Shown here in pieces: positions 1 to 9,083 of a DNA stretch of 64,000 nt (position 1 is the first letter of the stretch; each line of letters opens with the position of its first letter). Under the pieces are notes generated by a model. It ran no database searches. It saw nothing but the letters and a program-made list of their open reading frames with translations, and was not told the DNA's origin. Origin of the DNA: an uncultured Nitrospiraceae bacterium (GTDB lineage Bacteria; Nitrospirota; Nitrospiria; Nitrospirales; Nitrospiraceae); contig CAVPLT010000004.1 of assembly GCA_963706325.1 (NCBI GenBank), forward strand, positions 288,001 through 352,000, written 5' to 3'. A program made the position numbers and the translations under genes.

Positions 1-2135
1 GGTTAGAGTTGAACGTGAACACGGAAGCAGGGGTGATCACGCAAGGGTCGATGTACATCCGGCCCAGCAACTCCTTGTTTACAGGGCGAAGCATCCGACG
101 CCTGTCGGAAGATCATTACCGGATTAAAGAGGGCACGTTCACCAACTGTGACGCGCAGGAAGGCGAACTCCCGGCCTGGCGGTTCAAGTTTGACGATCTC
201 GATGTGAACACCGGCGAGAGTGTCGGCATGAAACGAGGGTGGCTCTGCGTGCGTGACACTCCGATTATTCCGATCCCGACGCTGACCTATCCGCTCAGCA
301 ATCGCCACAGCGGTTTTCTGATTCCCACGCCGGGTTACGACAACCGGTTCGGACTCCATTATCAGCAGGGCTATTTCTGGGCGATCAATCCCAGCCAGGA
401 TCTCACGATTTCACCCTCATACTATTCGAACCTCGGCTACGGGAGCGATTTCCTCTATCGGTATTACCTGAATCGGCGATCCAGCGGGCAGTGGTTCGCG
501 AGCGTTCTGCAGCAGACTGAATTGCCCAATGTGTCGGGAGTAGATCAGACGAGTACCGATGAACGACGTTTACGAGGCATGATTAGCGGGCAACATGTCC
601 AGCAGGTAACGGACACACTCCTAGTTCGCGGGCAAGCGTCGTTCGTATCGGACCGGGAATATCTCCAACAGCTCAGCAATTCAGGAGCGCAACGTGCCTC
701 TCCTAGCGGCGAGTCGAATTTGTTGGCGACGCAACGATTGCCCTATGGAAGCGCCTATTTTCTTGGGCAATACCTGCAACCGTTGAACTCTGGCGGTCCC
801 GATACCTTTCAGCGTCTTCCCGAAGTCGGATATGTCTTGCCGAATACAGCTCCGTTCGGGATGCCGTTTCTTCTGAATGTGGACAGTAACTTTGTAAATT
901 TTTATCGCGAAGAGGGCTTTGCGGTGAATCGCATGGATTTGATGCCGGGCATCACCACGGACGTGATCGACGTCGGGCATCTCGTGGGGATCACGCCGCA
1001 TTTCAAATTTAAGGAGGTCTACTATTCGCGCGGGATTCAGGATGCGAGTCCTCTGCATCGCGAGACCTTTTGGGGTGCGATCGACGCGACTTCGCGGTTA
1101 AGCCGACGCTTTACCGGCAGCGAAGGGACCAACTTCCTGCATACAATCGAGCCCAGCGTCATCTATGAGTACGTGCCTAGCAGCGACCAGTCTCAAATCG
1201 CGCAAATCGATCAGGTGGATGACCTCCCGAAGAAGAACTTGTTAACCTATTCGTTCAGGACGAAGCTGCTTGAGCAGAAGGTGAATGGACAATCCTTCAA
1301 TTGGCTGGATTTGACCGTGGCGCAGAGCTACCACGTCGGTGCGGTGCAGACGAGTGCCCGTGATTTTACCCCCGGGGTCTTGCCTTTTCTGGGCTCCCCC
1401 ACGCAGCCCTTACAGCCGGCGACGGTGGATATGCAGGGTCGGAAGTTCTCCGACTTCTGGATGCGGGCGGTGATCGGCAATACCGCGCCGGAATTTTACC
1501 GGCCTCCCGCCACGAATGAGGCGCTCGGAAAAAACGTGACCGGCGGGCAGATCCTGCCCCCGACGAATTCGTATCTCACAGTTGATGCGTTTTTAGATCC
1601 TTACCGCGGCACATTCAGCCAGTGGAATACCGATCTTCGGATTCAGCAGTCCAACTATTGGTATGTTGAGGTAGGGCAACGATTCAGTCGGGAGGGCAAC
1701 CGAGTCCGACGCGGCGACATTTGGAATCCGATTTCCTTCAATGAGGTCTATGCTCCTACGAATGAAATCCAGTTCGTCACTGCGGGCGGAGGATTTCGAA
1801 CGCCGTGGGGATGGACCCTTGGCGCGAAAGGCTATTATGATGTCAAAGGCGGCCGCAGCCCGGAGTTTGATGTGGTGGCCCTTTATCAAAATCCGTGCAA
1901 GTGCTGGTCCCTCGGGTTCTACTATTTGCAGTTCCCGGACCGCCAGAGCTATTCTTTTATGCTGAGTATGACCGGCATCGGATGGACAGAGAACTTCGGC
2001 ACGATTGTCGCGCGGACAGTGTTGGGCCCCTTGTTGGTTGGGGACCGCGGATTGCCTTGGGCCGCGCCAGGAGGTCCCTACGGTCGAACTGAGAACTCTC
2101 TACCTGCGCAGTCGATGCCGATGGGTCGATACTAA
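1..2135 (+). CDS. lptD: LPS-assembly outer membrane protein LptD (5' end lies outside the window)
   Basis: Long ORF with G-T-F-T-N-C...P-A-W N-terminal motif, SGFLIP motif, alternating aromatic beta-strands and C-terminal YQNPCKCWS typical of LptD. Confidence 0.85.
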   Translation, partial: LELNVNTEAGVITQGSMYIRPSNSLFTGRSIRRLSEDHYRIKEGTFTNCDAQEGELPAWRFKFDDLDVNTGESVGMKRGWLCVRDTPIIPIPTLTYPLSNRHSGFLIPTPGYDNRFGLHYQQGYFWAINPSQDLTISPSYYSNLGYGSDFLYRYYLNRRSSGQWFASVLQQTELPNVSGVDQTSTDERRLRGMISGQHVQQVTDTLLVRGQASFVSDREYLQQLSNSGAQRASPSGESNLLATQRLPYGSAYFLGQYLQPLNSGGPDTFQRLPEVGYVLPNTAPFGMPFLLNVDSNFVNFYREEGFAVNRMDLMPGITTDVIDVGHLVGITPHFKFKEVYYSRGIQDASPLHRETFWGAIDATSRLSRRFTGSEGTNFLHTIEPSVIYEYVPSSDQSQIAQIDQVDDLPKKNLLTYSFRTKLLEQKVNGQSFNWLDLTVAQSYHVGAVQTSARDFTPGVLPFLGSPTQPLQPATVDMQGRKFSDFWMRAVIGNTAPEFYRPPATNEALGKNVTGGQILPPTNSYLTVDAFLDPYRGTFSQWNTDLRIQQSNYWYVEVGQRFSREGNRVRRGDIWNPISFNEVYAPTNEIQFVTAGGGFRTPWGWTLGAKGYYDVKGGRSPEFDVVALYQNPCKCWSLGFYYLQFPDRQSYSFMLSMTGIGWTENFGTIVARTVLGPLLVGDRGLPWAAPGGPYGRTENSLPAQSMPMGRY

Positions 2136-2203
2136 AGCGGGGCGTTGTGATCACTGCTCATCGGAGTCACCTCTCTTGGTCGTCTAAAAGCAGGCCACAG
2201 CGA

Positions 2204-2743
2204 ATGGGACAGCAGCTGAGAACAATTCTTTCTGCAAGCGTGCTGTTGATAGGCATGGGGATGCAACTCGCAACCTCGTCGTCTATTCTGGCGGCCGAGA
2301 GTCCCTCCCATTTGCAGCGGGCGACGGTGTTTTTGAAAGCCGGTGATTACCGGCAAGCGGTAGAGGCCTGCCAATCGGAAGTGCGAGACGCTCCATCGAC
2401 CCGGAGCTATGTCTTTCTCACCTATGCGTATCACGCGCTCGATGGCTATCTTGGGCATCTGGCGAGCACCGATCAATGGGTGCGCGTCGAACAGCTGTAT
2501 GTAAATCTCATCGGCGGGAGACGGGAAGATTTAATCGATCCGCCGGACGTGTTGGCCCGCATCGCAAAGGAACTGATCCAACAAGCAGTGCAACGGCAAG
2601 CTGAAGTAACGGCTGCCATGGCTGCTCGACTAGATGAAGCGCTGGTGAAGCAGCTGTGGCAGGAGCAAGCGTCTTGGCGTCAGTCCAGACCGACCGAATG
2701 GTGGTTCGGTGCGCCCCCCGAATGGCAATGGGAGGGCTCGTGA
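2204..2743 (+). CDS. Exported TPR-like hypothetical protein
   Basis: Signal peptide ending ILA-AE, then FLKAGDYRQAVEAC TPR-like helix; start chosen at ATG 2204. Confidence 0.6.
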   Translation: MGQQLRTILSASVLLIGMGMQLATSSSILAAESPSHLQRATVFLKAGDYRQAVEACQSEVRDAPSTRSYVFLTYAYHALDGYLGHLASTDQWVRVEQLYVNLIGGRREDLIDPPDVLARIAKELIQQAVQRQAEVTAAMAARLDEALVKQLWQEQASWRQSRPTEWWFGAPPEWQWEGS

Positions 2744-2744
2744 T

Positions 2745-2774
2745 TTGACTCTCCGCGAAACCGTGTTATAGGAT
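2745..2774 (+). promoter_or_regulatory. Sigma70-type promoter candidate for trxA
   Basis: TTGACT at 2745 followed by TG-T-TATAGGAT. Confidence 0.5.
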
Positions 2775-2866
2775 GACCCGACTGCCCTGATGTGGTTCAG
2801 GGCTTGTAGTGTGACCGGTTAGGAAAGCGTGATCGCGATCTTAAATCGCGACAAGGAGGGGATACT

Positions 2867-3214
2867 GTGGCAGGCGATGCGTTACAAGCGACGGATGCGA
2901 CGTGGGATGAGGATGTCATGAAGGCATCCGAATTGGTCATGGTGGATTTTTGGGCGGTCTGGTGCGGGCCATGCCAAATGGTTGCTCCGATCGTCGATGA
3001 ATTGGCGACGGAATATGCGGGCAAGATCAAGGTCCGCAAACTTAATACGGACGAGAATCCAGAAATCGCGGGCCGGTATCAGGTTATGAGCATTCCGACG
3101 ATTCTCTTTTTTAAGAACGGGCAAGCGGTGGAACGGTTGGTGGGTGCGCGCCCGAAGCGACAGTTCAAAGAGATTATCGACTCACTGCTGACTCAACATT
3201 CCGGCGCTGCCTAG
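2867..3214 (+). CDS. trxA: Thioredoxin
   Basis: WCGPC active site, SIPT cis-Pro motif, AAGGAGG RBS. Confidence 0.95.
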   Translation: MAGDALQATDATWDEDVMKASELVMVDFWAVWCGPCQMVAPIVDELATEYAGKIKVRKLNTDENPEIAGRYQVMSIPTILFFKNGQAVERLVGARPKRQFKEIIDSLLTQHSGAA

Positions 3215-3233
3215 CGTCCCGGTCCCCCGCAGC

Positions 3234-4919
3234 ATGCTGACTGAGCTGCGCATCTCGAATTTCGGTGTCATCGAGCAGCTTGCTATACGTTTTAGCTCCG
3301 GTTTTATCGTTTTTACCGGTGAAACCGGAGCTGGCAAATCTCTTCTTATTGATGCGGTCACCTTGCTGGTGGGCGGCCGCGCTTCTATCGATCACATCCG
3401 TGCGCAAGCCGACGAAGCCGACCTCGAAGCGGCGTTCGTGCTGGCGTCCGACCATTCGCTTCTTCAACTGCTCCAAGCCAAGGGTTTTGGGCGTGCCGGT
3501 GAGACGGAGATCCTGATCCGTCGAGTTATTTCCCGTACGGGGCGAAACCGGACATATTTGAATGGCAACCTTTGCCCAGTTCACCTGCTTGAGGAATTAG
3601 GGGGGGCGCTGGTCGATGTGCATGGTCAGCACGAGCAACAATCGCTGCTGTCGTCGTCCGCTCAGTTGGAAGCGTTGGATGCCTTCGGCCGACATCAGTC
3701 TCGCCGTCTTGAGTATCAGGAGGCCTACAAGACGTGGCGAGAACAGAAGGCGGAACTCGAAGTCCTCACTAGTCAGATTGCTCAGCGCCGAGATCGTGAA
3801 GATCTGTTGCGTTTCCAGTTCCAAGAGATTGCTGACGCCGCGGTGGAGGCAGGCGAGGATACGAGGTTGGATCAGGAGCGACCACGTCTGATGCACAGTC
3901 AACAGCTTGGAGAATTATCCGATCAGCTCCATGAGTTGCTGTATGCGGGTGATCAAGGAGTGTTGAGTTTGCTCGTCTCCGCGCGCAAGATCCTGTCGAG
4001 GATGGATGCCGTCGATGCCACAACAGCTGGATGGACCAGAATTGTAGACGAGGCAGTGATCCCGCTCCGAGATTTGGCTGATCAGATTCGGGAGTATCGA
4101 GATCGTGTGGAAGTGAACCCGGCAAGATTGATGGAGATCGAGCAACGACTTGACCGACTTCATCGCCTTGCGAAGAAGTATGGAGGATCATTGGACGCGA
4201 TGCTGGGTTTGCAGGAGTCCTTGCGTGCTCAGATTGCTCAATTAGATACTGCGGATACTCGTTTGCAGGAGCTGGACAATGCGGTGGGTGATGCCGCTCG
4301 CCGTACACGTGAACTTGCCGGGCGGCTATCACGCAAGCGGCTTGATGCAGCGAAGAAGCTCATGATTCAGGTGATGAAGGAGCTGGCTGCATTGCGCATG
4401 GACCGTACTCGTTTCGCTGTAGAGGTGTCATCGCTATCTGGGGAAATGGGATGCGACCAGACCGGACAAGATGGCGTGGAGTTTCTCTTCTCTGCCAATC
4501 CTGGCGAGCTGCTCAAGCCGCTGGCGCGAGTAGCATCGGGAGGAGAACTATCTCGGGTGATGTTGGCGCTCAAAACAATTCTGGCCGAAAGCGACCAAGT
4601 TCCCGTGCTCATTTTTGATGAGGTGGACGCAGGGGTCGGTGGGGCAGTCGCCGAGGTTATGGGGACACGGCTTCGAGATCTCGGCAGGCATCATCAAGTC
4701 TTATGTGTGACGCATCTGCCGCAGGTGGCATCTCAGGCGCAAGCGCACTATCTCGTGGAAAAAGAGATTCGACAGGGGCGTACCGTCACCCAAGTGAGAT
4801 TGCTCAAACCAAAGGAACGGGAAGAAGAAGTAGCGCGAATGCTGGCTGGGGTCACGGTGACGAAGCGTGCGCGTGCGGCGGCGGCGGAAATGATCGGGAG
4901 CGTCAAAGATAAGCTATAG
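3234..4919 (+). CDS. recN: DNA repair protein RecN
   Basis: TGETGAGKS Walker A, HGQHE, ASGGELSR signature, FDEVD Walker B, VTHLPQVA. Confidence 0.96.
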   Translation: MLTELRISNFGVIEQLAIRFSSGFIVFTGETGAGKSLLIDAVTLLVGGRASIDHIRAQADEADLEAAFVLASDHSLLQLLQAKGFGRAGETEILIRRVISRTGRNRTYLNGNLCPVHLLEELGGALVDVHGQHEQQSLLSSSAQLEALDAFGRHQSRRLEYQEAYKTWREQKAELEVLTSQIAQRRDREDLLRFQFQEIADAAVEAGEDTRLDQERPRLMHSQQLGELSDQLHELLYAGDQGVLSLLVSARKILSRMDAVDATTAGWTRIVDEAVIPLRDLADQIREYRDRVEVNPARLMEIEQRLDRLHRLAKKYGGSLDAMLGLQESLRAQIAQLDTADTRLQELDNAVGDAARRTRELAGRLSRKRLDAAKKLMIQVMKELAALRMDRTRFAVEVSSLSGEMGCDQTGQDGVEFLFSANPGELLKPLARVASGGELSRVMLALKTILAESDQVPVLIFDEVDAGVGGAVAEVMGTRLRDLGRHHQVLCVTHLPQVASQAQAHYLVEKEIRQGRTVTQVRLLKPKEREEEVARMLAGVTVTKRARAAAAEMIGSVKDKL

Positions 4920-4927
4920 CCGTCGGC

Positions 4928-6070
4928 TCAATTGTCCGGAGACGTCTTTGCGATCGCAAGGGCGGGCAATGAAGATTTGCACTCCCGTACGACGCGGACA
5001 AACAGCTCCGTCAGTTTCGGATCGAAATGCGTATCGGCTTGCAGGGAAACCCGTAGGATTGCGTCATCAATGGACAGAGGAAGGTGCCCAGGCATATCGA
5101 CCGTAAGGTTATCGAACGCCTGCGCAATAGCGACGATACGCGCCAACAACGGAATGCCGGCGCCCTGCAGGCCGTGAGGATTGCCCACACCGTCGAACCG
5201 TTCGTGATGATACGCCACGATTTGTCCCACTTCGGCTTGGAACCCTAATGGTAACAGCATGCGCGCGCCGGCCTCGGAATGCTCCTTGCCGTATGCGCTG
5301 TTTCCGATGCAATCGTCTTCATCCGGCGTATATTTATAGTTGGACAGGCTGATTTTTCCGATGTCGTGGAGAAAGGCCCCGAGTGCCAGGGCTTTCTGTT
5401 CTGGGAGGGGGAGATTCATCTGGTTGGCGAGAAGCGATCCGTAAAAACTGACGCGACTGCAGTGATTCAAGAGCTGGCGGTCCTTGGCTTCCAGCAGGTC
5501 AGATAGCAAGGGGATCAAAGCGGTCACCTCGCCCGCACCAGTGACAGCATCGGAAGAAGACTTGCCGATGGCAAAATAGTTCGATTGCACGTCCTTCCAG
5601 GCTTGGGTCACTTCTTGTTCCGTGCCCCATAACGCGGTCGAGGTTTTCAGGAACGATCGTAAGTAGTCCAGACGCTGTTTTTTTTCCAGCGTTTGGTTGA
5701 TCAGCGTGATGAGCTCGGTGACATTGAAAGGCTTGAGCAAGTACCCGGCTGCACCGTGCCGGATTCCTTCCATGGCGGACTTCAAGCTTCCATAACCGGT
5801 GATGATGATGACTTCAATATCTGCGTAGTCTTGCTTGATATCCTGGAGCAGGTCGATGCCCTGACGATCGGGCAATTTTTGGTCGAGCGTGATGAGGTCG
5901 ATGTGCCGTTCTTTCAGGACTTGTAGTGCAGACTTGGCGTTGTCGGCCGAATGGATTGTGAAGAAGGGTCGGAGGATAACTTTGAGCGCATCGCGCGGTC
6001 CGGTCTCATCATCGACGACTAGCACCGATGGTTTCTCAACTACGTAATCGACTGGTGCGTCAATCTCCAT
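4928..6070 (-). CDS. Response regulator with HD-GYP-type domain (variant motifs)
   Basis: N-terminal REC (VVDD, LDQKLP, KPF); HDIGK, HHERFDGVGNP. Confidence 0.85.
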   Translation of the reverse strand: MEIDAPVDYVVEKPSVLVVDDETGPRDALKVILRPFFTIHSADNAKSALQVLKERHIDLITLDQKLPDRQGIDLLQDIKQDYADIEVIIITGYGSLKSAMEGIRHGAAGYLLKPFNVTELITLINQTLEKKQRLDYLRSFLKTSTALWGTEQEVTQAWKDVQSNYFAIGKSSSDAVTGAGEVTALIPLLSDLLEAKDRQLLNHCSRVSFYGSLLANQMNLPLPEQKALALGAFLHDIGKISLSNYKYTPDEDDCIGNSAYGKEHSEAGARMLLPLGFQAEVGQIVAYHHERFDGVGNPHGLQGAGIPLLARIVAIAQAFDNLTVDMPGHLPLSIDDAILRVSLQADTHFDPKLTELFVRVVRECKSSLPALAIAKTSPDN

Positions 6071-6160
6071 CCTGAGCGCTCCTCAAGTGCAGTGCAGCTT
6101 CAAGGAAGATGAAACGAAAGACCCATACCGTTCATTTTCCTACCCATGACGCCAATATAT

Positions 6161-6176
6161 AGCAGGTCCGAATCCA
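6161..6176 (-). promoter_or_regulatory. Possible sigma54 -24/-12 promoter of the REC-HD-GYP gene
   Basis: Minus strand TGGATTCGGACCTGCT has GG-N10-GC spacing about 90 bp upstream of the start; moderate consensus match. Confidence 0.3.
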
Positions 6177-6279
6177 TCGGGCTACAAGATAATTGTCGTG
6201 AGCCTGTGGAACGGGTCGCCGACTGTGTCTCAAGTGGAGGAAATGAGACATCGTCCGGACGTTATTGTGTCAACCGGTG

Positions 6280-7692
6280 TCATTCCTGAGTCACCGGAGG
6301 ATCGATCGCCGTGCCGTTGTCCGGCCTGCTGATACCCAAGGTGTCCATGCGATATTTCAGCATACGGCGGCTGATTCCCAACATGGTGGCTGCATGTGTT
6401 TGTACGTAGGTTGTACGTTTAAGGGCGTCCAGAATGATTTCGCGTTCGAATTCCATGACGGCTTTTTCGAGGGACAGCCGCCCTGCCAGCGTATCGTCTC
6501 GGAGCGAGGTTGATCGCGTATCGGCCCGCAGAATCGTCGGCAGATGCTCGGGCAGGATCACATTGGAGCCCTTGGACCAGATGAACGCTTGTTCGATGAT
6601 GTTCTCCATCTCGCGCACGTTTCCCGGCCACGGATAGTGCGAAACCAGTTCCAGCGATTCCTTGGTGAATTCCTGCGAGGGCCGCTTCTCTTCTTCGATA
6701 CGTTTGGCAAGAAAGTGTTTGGCGAGCAGTGAGATGTCCTCCCCGCGTTCGCGCAACGGCGGCAGATACAGCGCGATGACATTGATTCGGTAATAGAGGT
6801 CCTCTCGGAACAGGCCCTTGCGGACCAGTTCATCGAGATTTTTGTTGGTGGCAGCCACGATGCGCACATCGACTTTAATGGACTGCACGCCTCCGACTCG
6901 GGTGAACTCGCGTTCTTGTAGCACACGCAAGAGCTTCGCCTGGGTCGCCGGGCTGAGATCGCCGATCTCATCCAGGAAGAGGGTGCCCGTATGCGCCAGT
7001 TCGAATTGCCCTACGCGCCTCGCCGTCGCGTCGGTGAAAGAGCCTTTCTCGTGTCCGAAGAGTTCGCTTTCGATCAGGGTTTCCGGCAGTGCCGCGCAAT
7101 TCAGCGCTATGAAGGGACGCTCGCGCCGCGCGCTGTTGTAATGGATGGCCTTTGCTACGAGTTCCTTCCCGGTGCCACTCTCCCCCGTCACCAACACGGT
7201 GGTGCGGCTATCGGCGACCTGTTCGATCTTCGCGTAGATTTCTTGCATTGACGGGCTTTTGCCAATGAGATTGTGGAAAGCGTATCGCTGCACCACCTGG
7301 GCGCGTAATTGACGGACTTCCTGTTCCAATTCATGTTTGCCCAGCGCGCGCTCAATCACGATTTGTAACTCTTCCACATCGAAGGGCTTGGACAGATAGT
7401 CGGCTGCGCCAATTTTCATGGCGTCCACGGCGGTTTTAACAGCTTTCGTTCCAGTCAGCATGATCACAGGGACGGCACGATTTTCCGTGCGCATAGCGTG
7501 GAGAACGGCCAGGCCATCGGTTCCCGGCAGGATCACATCCAGTAGGACTAAATCAGGGGACTCGCGCTTGAAGAGCTGGAGGCCCTCGGTGGCCTCCGCC
7601 GCTTCCAGAATATCGTAGGTCGGTTCCAGAACCGCCTTTACTGAAGCGCGAACACGCGGCTCGTCGTCGACTAGTAACACCCGTTTTTTCAT
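6280..7692 (-). CDS. NtrC/AtoC-family sigma54-dependent response regulator
   Basis: REC, GESGTGKE Walker A, GSFTDA (GAFTGA variant), LDEIG, WPGNVRE, C-terminal Fis HTH. Confidence 0.93.
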   Translation of the reverse strand: MKKRVLLVDDEPRVRASVKAVLEPTYDILEAAEATEGLQLFKRESPDLVLLDVILPGTDGLAVLHAMRTENRAVPVIMLTGTKAVKTAVDAMKIGAADYLSKPFDVEELQIVIERALGKHELEQEVRQLRAQVVQRYAFHNLIGKSPSMQEIYAKIEQVADSRTTVLVTGESGTGKELVAKAIHYNSARRERPFIALNCAALPETLIESELFGHEKGSFTDATARRVGQFELAHTGTLFLDEIGDLSPATQAKLLRVLQEREFTRVGGVQSIKVDVRIVAATNKNLDELVRKGLFREDLYYRINVIALYLPPLRERGEDISLLAKHFLAKRIEEEKRPSQEFTKESLELVSHYPWPGNVREMENIIEQAFIWSKGSNVILPEHLPTILRADTRSTSLRDDTLAGRLSLEKAVMEFEREIILDALKRTTYVQTHAATMLGISRRMLKYRMDTLGISRPDNGTAIDPPVTQE

Positions 7693-7693
7693 G

Positions 7694-8977
7694 TTACTCC
7701 CGTGCTGCTGACGCTGCAGCCCGCATACCCGATGCCGGAAGATTGACGGAGAACGTGGAGCCTACGCCCACTCGACTCTCGACCAGAAGTTGGCCACCAT
7801 GATCATGGACGATCTGGTGCGCACTGGTTAGTCCTAGGCCCGATCCGTCGCCGGCGCTGTTGGAGTGCTTTGTGGTAAAAAACGGATCGAAGATGCGCTC
7901 CAGATGTTCCGTCGCAATGCCGCATCCTTCATCCTCGACCTGCAATTGCACCCATGCGGTCCCCCCACTGTAGGGTAATAATCGGGTTTGTACGGAAATT
8001 ATGCCCTGGCCATTCGGCATTGCATCCAGCGCATTAAAGAAGAGGTTGAGGAGAACCTGTTTGATTTGTTGACGATCCATTGTGACGAGAGGCAGGTCAG
8101 GCGCCAAGGTGGTGCGGACGCGCGTGCCCCGCTGCGATGCGCGGGCCGATACGAAACAGAGACATGAGGTGACGAGTTCGTTGAGATCTACGTCGCTCAG
8201 TTGCGGAGCCATGTAGCTGGCGTAGTCAAGAATTTCGTGCAATAAACGCTCGATGCGATGGACATCCTCGATGGCTAGCCGGCTGAACTCCTTGATGAAC
8301 ACGGGGTCGTGCTGGCGCTGCGGGGCCAACTGGATAAAAGTCTTAATCGATGTAAGAGGATTGCGGATTTCATGGGCAAATCCGCCCGCCATCATCTCCA
8401 ACGAACGCAGCCGGTCCGTTCGTCTCATTAGCATCGAAGATCGCCGAAAATCGTCCTGTGCCAGGTGATTATCTAAGGCATTGGAGGCGATGTGTCCTAT
8501 GGTTTCGGTCACGGCAGTATTATCTTTGCCTATGTGAGTATCTGTGGTTTGCGGGCCGAAGGCACACACTCCGAGGAGGCCCCGGTGTGACCTGAGCGGA
8601 AGACAGAGGGCCGCCTGCAATGCCGACAAGGTCGCGTCAAGCCGAGAATCCCGCTCTTTTTGGTATTGAAGCATGTGCACGCTGTTCGAAAGGGACGTGA
8701 CAAGGGGGTGGTCATCGCGCAATATTGAGGGCAATGAATGCGCAGTAGGGTGCCCTGAAGTCGATAGGAGAAAGAACTGCTGAGCATCGATCCCTCGCAC
8801 CCAGATCGCCGCTTCAGGCATGTCAAGTTGTTCTGAGAGAGTTGCGAGAATGCAATGGCCAAGGTGCGGTAGATCCTTCTCGCGTCCCGCAGCCTCGGCA
8901 AAGGCACCGATCATTCTGACGAGGTCAAGTGAGTCTGTAAGGATAGAAGCGTGCGGGGTATGTTTGTCGGGTGTCAT
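7694..8977 (-). CDS. GAF-domain sensor histidine kinase
   Basis: AHEIRNPL H-box, NALDA N-box, DEGCGI, PFFTTK, GSGLGL; N-terminal GAF-like region. Confidence 0.92.
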   Translation of the reverse strand: MTPDKHTPHASILTDSLDLVRMIGAFAEAAGREKDLPHLGHCILATLSEQLDMPEAAIWVRGIDAQQFFLLSTSGHPTAHSLPSILRDDHPLVTSLSNSVHMLQYQKERDSRLDATLSALQAALCLPLRSHRGLLGVCAFGPQTTDTHIGKDNTAVTETIGHIASNALDNHLAQDDFRRSSMLMRRTDRLRSLEMMAGGFAHEIRNPLTSIKTFIQLAPQRQHDPVFIKEFSRLAIEDVHRIERLLHEILDYASYMAPQLSDVDLNELVTSCLCFVSARASQRGTRVRTTLAPDLPLVTMDRQQIKQVLLNLFFNALDAMPNGQGIISVQTRLLPYSGGTAWVQLQVEDEGCGIATEHLERIFDPFFTTKHSNSAGDGSGLGLTSAHQIVHDHGGQLLVESRVGVGSTFSVNLPASGMRAAASAARE

Positions 8978-9083
8978 TGTCCTGTGCAGGGAAAATCACT
9001 CCAGGCACCATGCTGCTCGTGATGCCAATCAACTCGCTGCCTGTACGGTGCTGGTGAAGGAAGTATATAGACACGGTTTTCTT

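Noticed and set aside
9010..9030. TGGCATC sigma54-like site upstream of the kinase gene (minus strand)
   Set aside because: GC is not at the required distance from GG.
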